Assembly: GCF_001194135.2 (NCBI RefSeq)
Contig: NC_068981.1
Coordinates: 186,302,245-186,335,183 of the forward strand
Direction: 5' to 3'
Length of the DNA stretch: 32,939 bases
Source of the DNA: Octopus bimaculoides
Taxonomy: Eukaryota
A program made the position numbers and the translations under genes. The first letter of the stretch is position 1, and each line of letters starts with the position of its first letter. Of the stretch, positions 20,954 through 32,759 are shown one piece after another. Below the pieces are notes generated by a model that had not been told where the DNA came from, did no database searches, and saw nothing but the letters and a program-made list of their open reading frames with translations.

Positions 20954-22729
20954 GAATATAGATTTGGTCAAAGGCGTGGCATCTTAGCCACTTGGGTAAG
21001 TGCTTTCTGCTTTAGAACCGGGCCGACCAACGTCTCGATTGTAAATATGTGTGTATATGTGTATATATGGGAAGCTTGTATGCACTAATAACATTTTTGT
21101 TACTGAATATGCACTGCTGAAACTGGCGTGTCTCTAATGTACTCTTGCGTTTTAATACCATCAAATGCGGTAATGTATTTTAATTTTTCTGTAAAGAAAC
21201 TGCCATTTGTTTCTTGAATACAAAGAAATTTTAGATAAATCGATGATCACTGAATGCTGAATTTCTTGTGAAACAACTGTTATTAGACGTAGAATAATGC
21301 TGCCAATAATATGAGAAATGGTAATGGTAAGACTGTGTTATGATTCACTTTTGCATAATTTCAGAGCCTAAGTTTCATAATCTGTATATATTTAGATATC
21401 AACAGTTAGAATGCAAATTTGTGTTGATGACGGCTTGGATAAATACAGATGTGATTTTTTATGAATATCTAAACAAACAGATATTTATTAGACGGTATGT
21501 TAAAGAAACGTATTCATTTATTTGATTATTCAAAGACAGCGCTAAATATACAAACATTCTAAATTTTGATTGCAATGATTTGTGAATATTTATAACGATA
21601 AATTTATTTTAAAAATAATCGCTTCGGTCGCGGAAAGCTTATTTTCCGCATGCAATGTTGTGGTATATCAGGGGACGATAGAAATCTCATTTATCGTGAA
21701 TGATTATGGTTTGATAGTATATCTCATCCTTTCGCTAATTATTTTAAATAATTATGTAGTTGAGACTAAATCTATACACGCTCTCAGCCGTCCAATGCTT
21801 TACGCAAATATTGTTACACACCCCTGCTCACAATGTGCATCCTCACATTGTTGAACCTTTGAAATCAGGGCTCTCCAAAGAGGTCGATGCAATTTATTGC
21901 ATTCACATTCATTATAACCTAGGCTATTAGGCTACATCCACGTGACCTCTGATGTATAATTTCGGCCAACAGTCGCGAGTTTTGAGCCTACATTGGATGC
22001 AGGGAGATTTTTAAAGCCATTTTTGGCTAAAAAAAAATATAAGTTGCGTCTATAGGCCATCAGATACGGTAATTAGGTGCAAGTGGCTGAGTATCTCTTC
22101 ATGTGTACATTTACCGTGATTCCCATGACTGACATTTCTGTACTGTATCTGTTTAGTCCATTTCACATACTAAGTTTGAATCTAACCGATGTTATAGAAA
22201 ATTACATTAGCCTAAAATGTCATAGAAAGGGATCGAGCCCAGTACATCGTGTTAATGAAACAAACGTCTTACCACTTCAGCCATACTGAATCACCGTAGT
22301 AATAATCAGAGAACATTTTTTTTTTTCTTTTCGGAAAGTTTTAACTTTCGTTGCCATGCAGTGATAGGATGCATTTTCTGGAATATTTTTAGTTATATTA
22401 TGTTTATGACTACTTAATTACCTCTCGGAAGTAACGAGGTATCATTATTGAACAGTTATTTTATAGGTCTATTACATTCTAATTCTATTAACGCTTATCT
22501 CCATTAATATACATAATTTGTCTTCCTTTCCAAATGGGTTTTCCGAAACGTAAAGAGATAAAACTAAGTGTTCACACGCACGCACACATGCACACATACA
22601 CACACACTCACTCACTCACATATGTGTATGTATGTGTATGTGTAAGTATGTGTATATATCTGTGTGTGTGTATAAATACATATATATATATACATATATA
22701 TATATATAGTTCAAATTTATTGAGAAACA

Positions 22730-22870
22730 AAGACGGAGGCAGGTGTAGGAGTTACAATCAAGTGTAATAGTTTGACGCTCAGGAATAAAAATGGAAAAGT
22801 CATTTACGTTTCGAGCCTACGCTCTTCGACAGAAAGGAATAAGAGGAAATAAACAAAGAGCAGGACAAAA
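22730..22870 (-). mobile_element. Dispersed repeat with a hammerhead-like motif (probable PLE pLTR derivative), copy 1
   Basis: Homologous to 32760-32908 (shared TTTACGT.TCGAGCCTACGCT.TTC.ACAGAAAGGAA). Confidence 0.65.
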
Positions 22871-22900
22871 AACCTGTTGAGTTCAGTGGTCCAACATGAC

Positions 22901-22933
<33 letters not shown>

Positions 22934-23821
22934 AGTGAAATGCTTGTGTGTACATAGTCATGTAATCAATGTTATGTTATAATGACTTATTCAATAACAA
23001 TGAAGCCTAATGGACAGTAATGCAGCACAGTGGGGCCCCAGCGGGATAAGCTAAGCATCAGTCAAGGGAATCACAAATACATCATAAGATCAATACCACA
23101 ATGCTATTGATCGGTATCCAGTAATCTCTTTGTTCTTTATTTAACTTCTAGTTTAAGTTCATATTAAGTTATAACCCATGATATTCTGTTGTAATCAAAA
23201 CCTACAAGGATTATTAGTGTTGCCACAGATCTGCTACAGTAACACGGGGGAAATACGGGCTTAAATCAGCAACGCAGATCGCCTCCAATTTAAACAAAAC
23301 TAACTGGAAAAAACCTAATCTAAGCTCAGCCGATTTTTCACGATATGTGTTAAAAAGCCCCAAAGTTTTTAACACTGATTTGATTTTTAAAATGAGTGAA
23401 AAGTGTACAGATTACTAATAGGTTCAAGTTTTTCTATTTGTTGTTCGTGTTCAAGTTACAATGCGGAACGAAGTACAGGAATAACGTAGACTAAGTACAC
23501 GCGAAGCTTCATTTCTTTCCACTGGGATACGCTGTCTTTAGTAAAGTGTGATGACTTCATTCACGTGGTAAAGGGCATGGAACCAGGGAGTCCCTTTGCT
23601 GCACCAAGGAAATTATGCTAACTAAATGTAATATAATTTTTATTCCAATTGGTAGGATTGCAGCACGTCTGGGAGACACTGTTTGAAACTTCACCATGTT
23701 TGGCCGTAGTTTTGTTTTACTCACTAAAACTGATCCGTCCTCGACGTTCATCGTTCCAAGGAATTAGATTAGTAATATATCTCGTAGAAAACCCAAACCT
23801 CATCTGTTTCTATATCTCCAG

Positions 23822-23893
23822 GGTTAACATTTCGCCACAGTTTTTACTGAATAATGACAAAGAATTAAAGTTTCAGTGGTTTTTAAAACAGAT
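23822..23893 (+). CDS. Candidate internal coding exon (72 nt, phase 2-2), product unknown
   Basis: Acceptor CTGTTTCTATATCTCCAG|G and donor AT|GTGAGT. Only one frame is open: (R)VNISPQFLLNNDKELKFQWFLKQ. No homology recognised. Confidence 0.45.
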
Positions 23894-24699
23894 GTGAGTA
23901 ACATGTTTAGTGACATCATAGTCTTTGTTTGTTTGCTATTCTTTTAACACAAGACCGAGCCTAATCGACTAGACTCATGATTAAATGCATAACTTATGCA
24001 ATATCTCCCCCTTTAAGATGGGTAGAGAATCCGAAAGAGTTGGCTGCTATTTCTAGCATTTTGAATAATCGTTAGGTGGTACTTCATTGCCTATTGATGC
24101 TGTAGAATAGGAGGATGAAGACTAATAGTCTGGAGTCAAGCTGAAAAAGTTATCTATCAAAGTAAATATTTTAGTAATAGCAACATTCATTTCAATTTTT
24201 TTTCTTGATCACTTCCTCTAAGTTGCACACATACCTTTACATTATTAAAGAGTTTACTTGCCTTAGCAAGAGATAAATCTCTCCATTTAACATGATCGAT
24301 CTTACCAGAATGTACATTAACTAAAGGAAGGTATTATTGTGTATTGATGCTGTATTGGAAGCCTTGAATGACTTTAATGAAAGTGAGTTTATAGTTAAAA
24401 GAACCGTATTAAATAAATAAAAAAAGAGATCTGTATAGCTACCATACATTCAGATAGCTAGATGTCGGCACAGTAAGTAAAACAAACTACGCTAGTCTTC
24501 AGAAGTTATTCACATCGCTTTATAAAGAAGAATCTCTGGCTAGTTTAGAGCTGGCATATTTTATTCAACTGTTTGAACATATTTAAGAAGATTGCTTCTA
24601 TTTAATTTGGTATTTCCAAACAAAAATAGTTCTGATGTGGAGGGGATTGCCAGAGTAGTTACAACCACGAATAGAATACCTTGTAGTATTTATTCTCAC

Positions 24700-24780
24700 A
24701 TTTGCTGTTCTAGTTTGAAATCCCGCCATGTTCAACTTTGCCTTTCACCCATTTGGACGCAATGAAGTTGTACCAATGAA
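24700..24780 (+). mobile_element. Diverged SINE family B fragment
   Basis: GTTCTAGTTTGAAATCCCGCCATGTTCAACTTTGCCTTTCACCC resembles the family B body. Confidence 0.55.
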
Positions 24781-25209
24781 AGATGAGGGACTGGTTGCTT
24801 TGTAAGGATGTTGAACCGGATACCTTTTGGCATTGACTCCAGATCTTCGCGTTCTGAGTTCAAATCTCATCTATTTGGTTGATAATCTTAGTTTAATATC
24901 ACCACCTGATTTTTTAACTTCTTTAGCAGTGTCCCCTTTTTTTGAAGGCGTTTGAGGCTGGTCTTTCTGTTAAGGAAACCTTCCTCACTTGCTCCGACTA
25001 GCCTTAGAGGTTCTTTGAAATTTTATGGAGACATTCATCCCTCTTGACTAAAAGAAGATAAATAACTGGGTTATTCTATTTATAATAAATCACAAGTGAT
25101 CAGGTGACATATAGCTTTACTTACTAAAATCACACAGAAGAAAAACGGCAACAATGTTTAGTGATTTATAGTACATTTATTATTTATTGAATAATACATC
25201 AAATAAGTT

Positions 25210-25523
25210 GAGGCGCAATGGCCCAGTGGTTAGGACAGCGGACGCGCGGTCGAGGATCGCGGTTTCGATTCCCAGACCGGCTGTTGTGTGTGTTTATTGA
25301 GCGAAAACACCTAAAGCTCCACGAGGCTCCGGTAGCGAGTGTTATACCCCTGTTATAATCTTTCGTCCCAACTTTCCCTCACTCTTTCTTCCTGTTTCTT
25401 GAGTGACGCTGCGATGGACTGGCGTCCCGTCCAGTTGTGGGGAACACATACGCCATAGAAACCAGGAAACCGAGCCCATGAGCCTGGCTAGGCTTTAAAA
25501 GGGTGCATAAGTAAAAAAAAAAA
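25210..25523 (+). mobile_element. tRNA-derived SINE, family C, 3' module type 2, with A-rich tail and TSD
   Basis: A-box TGGCCCAGTGG (25219-25229) and B-box GGTTTCGATTCC (25261-25272). The 3' module is GATGGACTGGCGTCCCGTCCAG...ATAGAAACC. Flanking repeats AATAATACATCAAATAAGTT (25190-25209) and AATAATACATCATATGAGGT (25522-25541) match at 17/20. Confidence 0.92.
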
Positions 25524-26120
25524 TAATACATCATATGAGGTGGCCTTGATCCTGTTTATAGTCTTATTGAGTAATTAATTAACGAATCTGTATAACGACT
25601 ACATTATTTTTAGAATACCTTCCTTGCAGTATATTTTCGTATGGGAGAGAATAGATAACACGTTCCCGATGGTTACACCGAGAAAATAAGGAGTAGACTA
25701 TGTGGAAATAATATGAAAACTGCATAACTGTTCGATGATGACGATCATGCTGATGAATATTGGTGTATGTTGTTTGACGATAAGAACGCACGCCAGTAAA
25801 TTTCCTAGAGGTTGTTTTATCTATTTCTAAAGTCGACCATCTTTATTCCTGTTTCTTCTCTACTCAACCTCTAAGCCAAGTTAGTTTCGTTCGATTTTCC
25901 TTGTTAAAATATCCCGAGCTACACTTATTGTTTTAGTTTCTTTTAAAATTCTATTTAAATCATTTTATTCTTAACAAAAATTAGTTTTTCTTTGTAATCT
26001 AATTTTCACATGGAGCTGCTTTTATTTCAAAATCGATTAAAACGTTAACCCCCCGAGGGAGGTAATCCCAAGATGATTCCTTTCAGCAGAAAACTGTGAA
26101 AATTTGTTTGATCACTTATT

Positions 26121-26123
<3 letters not shown>

Positions 26124-26217
<94 letters not shown>

Positions 26218-26225
26218 CATTATTA

Positions 26226-26280
<55 letters not shown>

Positions 26281-26281
26281 T
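26124..26281. repeat. (TTA)n followed by (ATTT)n
   Basis: Long tri- then tetranucleotide runs. Confidence 0.97.
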
Positions 26282-28191
26282 TTTTGTTATTTTTCATCAA
26301 GTTGATTAAAGATTTCGTAGCAACTGATGCAATTTTTAAACTTTATTCTAAATCACATCGATAACATTATAACATAAATGTTATTCACTTTTCAAATATA
26401 ACCTTTTGTTACTTTATATCGCACTGAGCTTTCATTGTGTGTCTCTATTCATATATTTCCTTTTAGAAACTGTCAATATGTCAAAACCAGGAATATAAAA
26501 ATTGTTATTTTATATCGGTATTCGAGAAATGCAAGATTCCGATACAAGATTCCATGAAGATCTACTGTATCACTTGTCTATTTTCTCTCTTCACACATTT
26601 ATAGAGCAATTGTTCATTTGTTCTTCGTCTTTTGTTTGATTCACTGTTTATTTTTTAAAGAAATATTTGTTTAATTATTTACTTATTTAATTATTATTTA
26701 TCTTCTTCCGAATTGTATTTGTGTCTACATGAGTTCAAATATAATTTCAACATGCAGTTAGAACTATTGGGAAGTAAATTGCGCTGGAATCGAAATATGT
26801 GAGTTTACTAAGAAAATTGTAGTTTGATGCAATGAAAGGAAAAGAAAAATACATGAATCATAGTAATAATAATGTCGAAGAGGAGACATATCACTTAGTG
26901 ATTGGTAAATATATCTTTCTAAAGTGGATCAGGTAAAATTTAGGCAACATATGTTTCCGAGCTAGCAATATCCTCTAATGTAATTATTCAATGAGGAGTA
27001 ATCACCGAGCTACTCCTCAGGCCGAACATAGCTTAATTATATGAAGATCACATTGTCGTCAGAAATCTCAAATTAACTCACCGAAAATACAGGGTACGGT
27101 AGAAATGTTACCCCGATTCCAAAGGTTAATAAAAATACAAACATATGTTGATACAAGAACAAACGATGCCCTCCACTCCAGACCATGGTTGGTAGTACCT
27201 AAAACCAAAGAACAAAAATGGCACTTCATGAACTTCAGAGAAATTCAGTTTTTTCACGCATCGTCATTTGTTTGTTTTATTAATCTTTGTTCTACGATTG
27301 TTCTACCATGACAGCTTGTCAGCTGCTCCACCGAGATGATCGTTTACTGTAAGTTCAGACTATAGACTATTTAGGGATATTGTTCTGTCTGGCCTCACTT
27401 TTATATGTTTTATCCAACGGAGCTGATTATATTTTCAAGGACAGATTAGGTTCTCTGAGCAGTGTGGAGATTTCGAGAATGAGTAACTCGAAAACCTTCG
27501 TTTTTAGTCTCAGCTTATGGTTTTAAAGACTTAATGTGAGAGATGATCGAACAATTACAAGAAATCATCCAAGATGGCTTCTCGTATATAGTTGATTAAT
27601 GCAGTTTCGAAAGGACATGACATGGACAAAATGACGATAAATAAAAGGTTTTTTTTTTCTTTGTATTACATTTCCTTCTTTGGTATGTATTTATGCACAC
27701 TTGCATACATACACATATACTATTATGTATATGAGGGTATTTTTGTTACCCTATTTATGCTTACTAATGAATAGTTTAGTCGAATTCCAATCCTCTCTCA
27801 CAAAATCGGCGCATTATTATTCCAGAATCAATCAATATCTGCCCTGATTTATAAGCTACACAATCATTGCAACCTCTAATCAATATTTTCTTTAATCAAT
27901 AATTCCACTCATCAATATGTCTCCCAGTCCCCAGAGTCGATAAGCCCTCTAATCAATCTGTCCTCTAATATACATTGACTGCGTGTATTTGTTGCCTGTA
28001 TTTGCGTATTAAAGCGTTCAAAGGTTGTGTCTGTTGTAACTTGTCGATCTGCTCTTCAAATTGGGGCGTTTATAATGAAACCTTCAGCTAAGGAGTAATT
28101 AAGCGCAATAATATTATAACTAACGTAATTTGGACAGTAATTTAATTCCTTAGTTAGCGGTAACGGCAATATTATTCATATCTTATTAAAG

Positions 28192-28266
28192 AGTCTTTGA
28201 GACTGATCATAATGATGAAGATCTTGTTGTCAAACCGGAAGCCTGTCCTGAAAGCTTGCAACTGCG
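28192..28266 (+). CDS. Candidate internal coding exon (75 nt, phase 2-2), product unknown
   Basis: Acceptor TCATATCTTATTAAAG and donor CG|GTGATT, with open frame VFETDHNDEDLVVKPEACPESLQL. Splice signals are only moderate. Confidence 0.25.
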
Positions 28267-28597
28267 GTGATTCCGTTACGTCACTCAAGTACCAGTAACT
28301 GATATTAAACTTGTTATTGGAGGGTGTAGCAGAAAACGTTAGATCAACAGTTAAACGTATTAAAGTATTTAGTTATTATTCTCTACTTTAAATCACATTT
28401 CAAAATTTATTTTGAATGTGTTTGCCCATCTTTTTTCTTACCGAATCGATAAGCACAAGAAATAGTGAATTGTATCAACTCACTCCCTACTCAGAATATG
28501 AAACATTTTTGTGGTGTTAGAAATAGAATATGCCTCGTCGTAATAGAAACTGTCATTCGACGGTGGTGAAAGAAGTAAAATTATACTTTATACACAC

Positions 28598-28763
28598 GGC
28601 GTGGATTTGTGGTAAGAGGTTCGCTTCCAAACCGAGGTCAGTGCATCTGCGTATCACCCTAAAGAAGTGTCTTCTATTATAACCTCGGGCAGACCAAAGC
28701 TTTGTGAATGGATTTGGTGCACGGAAACTGGAAGAAGACCATCGTACACATACGCACACACGC

Positions 28764-28794
<31 letters not shown>

Positions 28795-29095
28795 TACCTA
28801 CACACATGTATTTACATATGTGTATATCTGTGTGTACGTGTTTGTGTGTGTTTGTACGTATCTGTCTTTTTGTCTGTTTGTCCACTGCCGTTTGACAACC
28901 GCTCCTGGTGTGTTTACGTCCCCGTATCTTAGCGGTTCGGCAAAAGAGACCGATAGACTAAGCATCAGGCTTTCCAAAAGAATAATAGTAATAAGAACTG
29001 GGGTCAATTCGTTCAACTAAAGTTCTTCAATGCGGTGCCCCACTATGGCCGCACTCTAAACAATTAAAAGACTGAAACACTTGAAAGATGAAAAG
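28598..29095 (+). mobile_element. SINE family A, full length and diverged, with internal (CA)n/(TG)n tract
   Basis: GGCGTGGATTTGTGGTAAGAGG head, GTGAATGGATTTGGTGCACGGAAACTG core, GGTTCGGCAAAAGAGACCGATAG and GACTGAAACA tail. Confidence 0.88.
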
Positions 29096-29754
29096 AAAAA
29101 AAAGGATATAAGAAATATTTTTAAAAAAATAAGTTCATGGCTCTCTTTATTGTGAGTCAAACACTAGTAAATATATACAAATTCCCTTCGGATATATTTG
29201 GTTCATAGCTTCTGAAATTAAGAATTATGGTCGCCATTATTTCGACTTGATGACGCTAAGTTAAGATTAATTCATTATCCGAGAGGACGCAGATTTGAAG
29301 GCTTGACTTTAAAGAGGCAGCAAAAATGTGAAAGGTGATTAACAAGTGACTTCCTATATTTGATGTCTATTTGATGAAACGTTTAACAACTATAATTACA
29401 CGTAAATTTAATACCAAATAACAGATTTCCTATCGCTCATTACAACATATCGCCTTTACTATTACGTGTAATGTATCAGTAATGTGTCATCAACGTTTAA
29501 CTATGAATCGCTCTACTGACTTCTAATTAATGTGTGTGTGTATTGCATTTACTAAGTGGCAAGGATATAGATTCCTGGGATCATGATATGTGTTCGATTC
29601 TGCTTTGTAAATCGTTCAGCTACCGAGAGCAACACTCCGATTTATCGATTTATCGGCAGAATTTTTGGTAAATAGACGTAAATATGAATAAATACTGGCT
29701 GTAGGAATTTTAAGACTGACATTTACCAATTTTGTTTCAGTAAGGTGGAGAAGT

Positions 29755-30078
29755 NNNNNNNNNNNNNNNNNNNNNNNNNNNNNNNNNNNNNNNNNNNNNN
29801 NNNNNNNNNNNNNNNNNNNNNNNNNNNNNNNNNNNNNNNNNNNNNNNNNNNNNNNNNNNNNNNNNNNNNNNNNNNNNNNNNNNNNNNNNNNNNNNNNNNN
29901 NNNNNNNNNNNNNNNNNNNNNNNNNNNNNNNNNNNNNNNNNNNNNNNNNNNNNNNNNNNNNNNNNNNNNNNNNNNNNNNNNNNNNNNNNNNNNNNNNNNN
30001 NNNNNNNNNNNNNNNNNNNNNNNNNNNNNNNNNNNNNNNNNNNNNNNNNNNNNNNNNNNNNNNNNNNNNNNNNNNNNN
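29755..30078. other. Assembly gap
   Basis: N-run. Confidence 1.
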
Positions 30079-30240
30079 CGGCGTTCTGGCTTCAAATTCT
30101 GCCGATGTTAACTTTGCCTTTCCTCCTTTCGGAATCGATAAAATAAGTACGAGTTGAGCTCGGGAGAGGGGGGGAGGCGATGTAATCGACTTATCCCCTT
30201 CCGCAAAACTTGCAGGCCTAGTGCCAAAATTTTTAACCAA
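30079..30240 (+). mobile_element. SINE family B, 3' portion (head probably in the gap)
   Basis: GTTCTGGCTTCAAATTCTGCCGATGTTAACTTTGCCTTTC...GATGTAATCGACTTA. Confidence 0.85.
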
Positions 30241-30639
30241 TATCTCGTGTCAGTTTTAATACTCAAATATTTTACCTCATGAAAGAACTAGGCACTGATG
30301 AAGTTACTCGTTAAATGCAAGTAATTTACCTCCCTTTTTTTATATTTCCCGTCTGTCTGTCTGTGTGTGTCTCTCTCTCACCCTCCCTCTATCTCTCTTA
30401 CCCACAGCCACATTCTCTCTTTCACACATACGCACTCTCTCTACCTCTCTCTTTCTCTCTATTCATCTATCTCCTCACCTACCTTTCTGCCACTTCACAT
30501 ACCTCCCTCGCACATAAACACATAAAGAGAAAAAAGATTGGTCGTCTACTATAACTCCATTAATAATTTTATCATCTGCAACATTACGTCAAATTCTGTC
30601 GGGCTAAAAGTATTTTCGCATCACTATTTCTGCTTAAAC

Positions 30640-30865
30640 AAGGCGGCGAGCTGGCAGAAACGTTAGTACGCCGGGCGAAATGTTTAGCGGTACTTCGTCT
30701 GACTTTACGTTCTGAGTTCAAATTCCGCCGAGGTCGACTTTGCAATTCATCCTTTCGGGGTCGAAAAATTATGTACCAGCTACGCACTGGGTCAATGTAA
30801 TCGACTTAATTCCTTTGTCTGTCTTTGTTTGTCCCCTCCTTTGGGGCAATAAAGAAATAAGAAAC
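30640..30865 (+). mobile_element. SINE family B, best-preserved copy
   Basis: AAGGCGGCGAGCTGGCAGAAACGTTAG head, B-box GAGTTCAAATTCC (30714-30726) and tail AATAAAGAAATAAGAAA. Confidence 0.92.
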
Positions 30866-31030
30866 GTTTGTATGCCAGGCGAAGTTCGTAGCGGTTTTTC
30901 GTGTCTTTACATGGTGAGTTCAAATTTCGGGGTCGGTAAATTAAGTACCAGTTGTGGCCTAGGGTAGATCTAATTGACTGCCCCCACCCCTAAAAAATTT
31001 CGGGCCTTGTGCCTAGAGTAGAAAAGAATA
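30866..31030 (+). mobile_element. SINE family B, second diverged copy directly downstream of the previous one
   Basis: GCCAGGCGAA...TAGCGGT..TTCGT...GAGTTCAAATTTCGGGGTCGGTAAATTAAGTACCAG (internal deletion)...GGCCTTGTGCCTAGAGTAGAAAAGAAT. Confidence 0.8.
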
Positions 31031-31484
31031 CTTATGCTTAAACACGAATTTTAAACCGGCAATAGTTAGTTAAAAACACATTACGGTGAAGAAGGAAGGA
31101 GTCGTTGTTTAAAGCATGGCTTTGTTTTTTAAAGAAGACGTCTAAAATGTATATGATGTCATAAATATGTAAATATTCAGCTTAATCCTGTATATGCTAT
31201 ATATCTCAAGTAAATATTCAGGTGGAATAAATATCGATGTTCTGCCCATTACAGAAACTGCGAGAGCTACGCAGAAGTATAGAAAGCTCTTTTTCTGAAT
31301 CCATCACAATGAGAGGAAACCCTTTTTAATGGTCTCAAAGCCACAAGTGTTTCTACTCTTAGTCTGTTCACTTTGACTGAGTGGATCAGCGAGGAATTAA
31401 TTAGTCATTGCCAGTGGAAGTGTTCCTCTTACAATCCCTTCTCAGACATGCCAGTCTATTTTGTGTCTGTCTTCAGTTGTTTAG

Positions 31485-31626
31485 GTTTGAGGCCAACCTT
31501 CTGCAGGAAATGGTGCACCAATCTTGCTGGAAATCCGAAGTAGCCGACTTCAGGAAGAAGCAAGAACGCATGCCCTCCCTTAACAAGGACCTCGTCGACC
31601 GACTTCTGGCATTACGTCTTCTTTAG
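31485..31626 (+). CDS. Candidate terminal coding exon (phase 2 start), product unknown
   Basis: Pyrimidine-rich acceptor TTTTGTGTCTGTCTTCAGTTGTTTAG|G. GC content is visibly above the background. Reads (R)FEANLLQEMVHQSCWKSEVADFRKKQERMPSLNKDLVDRLLALRLL*, with AATAAA at 31740-31745. Confidence 0.45.
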
Positions 31627-32759
31627 CTAAGAAATGTCAAGTCTAACCTACCTAAAATATCCTTTCATGGTAACTGATCAAGTGATCCACGTGCAGAAAC
31701 CTTCAGCTTCTCTGGGAAGTATTAATCATATTCATTACAAATAAAATTAAGCTATCAAAGTTTTAATTGATATTGAATTCGTTAATGCATGTTCTATATG
31801 AATGTTTATTTAAAACATTGGAAACTGTATTTCAGAATTGTAAATTTACGGACATTTTGCGTCACATTCAACCTATTCACTTTCGCTTAGATTGAAAACA
31901 TTCCTCTTATATTTCTACCGCATCAACAATAATTTTCCTTTAAATAATTTGTATTACGTTGTTTGGCGATGTGAAAATAAACTAAATGATAAAACTTCAA
32001 TATGAATAGTGAACAGGAATTACCTCAAGTAAGATAATAAAAAAAAAGCTAAGAAACATTCACTGAGTGAAATAAAAATCAATTATATGTTGTTATCGTT
32101 GCAACTCTTTCCGCTTCAATCTTGATTTTTTTTCTCTAGAATTTAAAGGAAGCCACCATTTTGTTTCCTTTATTATAATTTGTACAGTATTTTATTATCA
32201 ATAACCATTTTGACGCTGCAGTTGCTACAGCTGCAATACGACAATGCAAAGATATAAAGATCGACTTGCCTTGTTTTATATAGTTAAAGATATGAAAGGA
32301 AATGAAACTAAGATCATTTCAAAATATTCATTCAGAAATTCCTCTGAGCTGAACTGTAAATTAAGTAGATAACCAAATGGCTAGGTTTGCATTTTCGCTG
32401 ATGCACATATTATTTCCGGTATGTTTCATTGTGGGGTAAACAATTTCCGGTTTGCTCTCGTATCTTAAATCAATAATAATGTTAAGTCAAACTAAATCAT
32501 ATTCTTTATCAATTTTTTCGACTAAATTTTAACAAGAAAATAAACAAGTTATTTCTAACTATTCATAAATTATTGTTTCTGCATTGTCTCGTACATGGAT
32601 TGTTATAAATGAATCTTGTTGTAAGTACTGTCTAAACAGAGGTTTCTCAGATATTCATTATTTGTATCTCCATAATTTTTTTGTCACGTTAATTATATTA
32701 TAAATAAACGTGCATGTAAGTATGTTTGTACGTATGCATGCATGAATTTACAAAAGAAA

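Noticed and set aside
23649-23897. The 82-aa ORF as a standalone gene
   Set aside because: It has a TTG start and no homology; only its last 72 nt are bounded by good splice sites.
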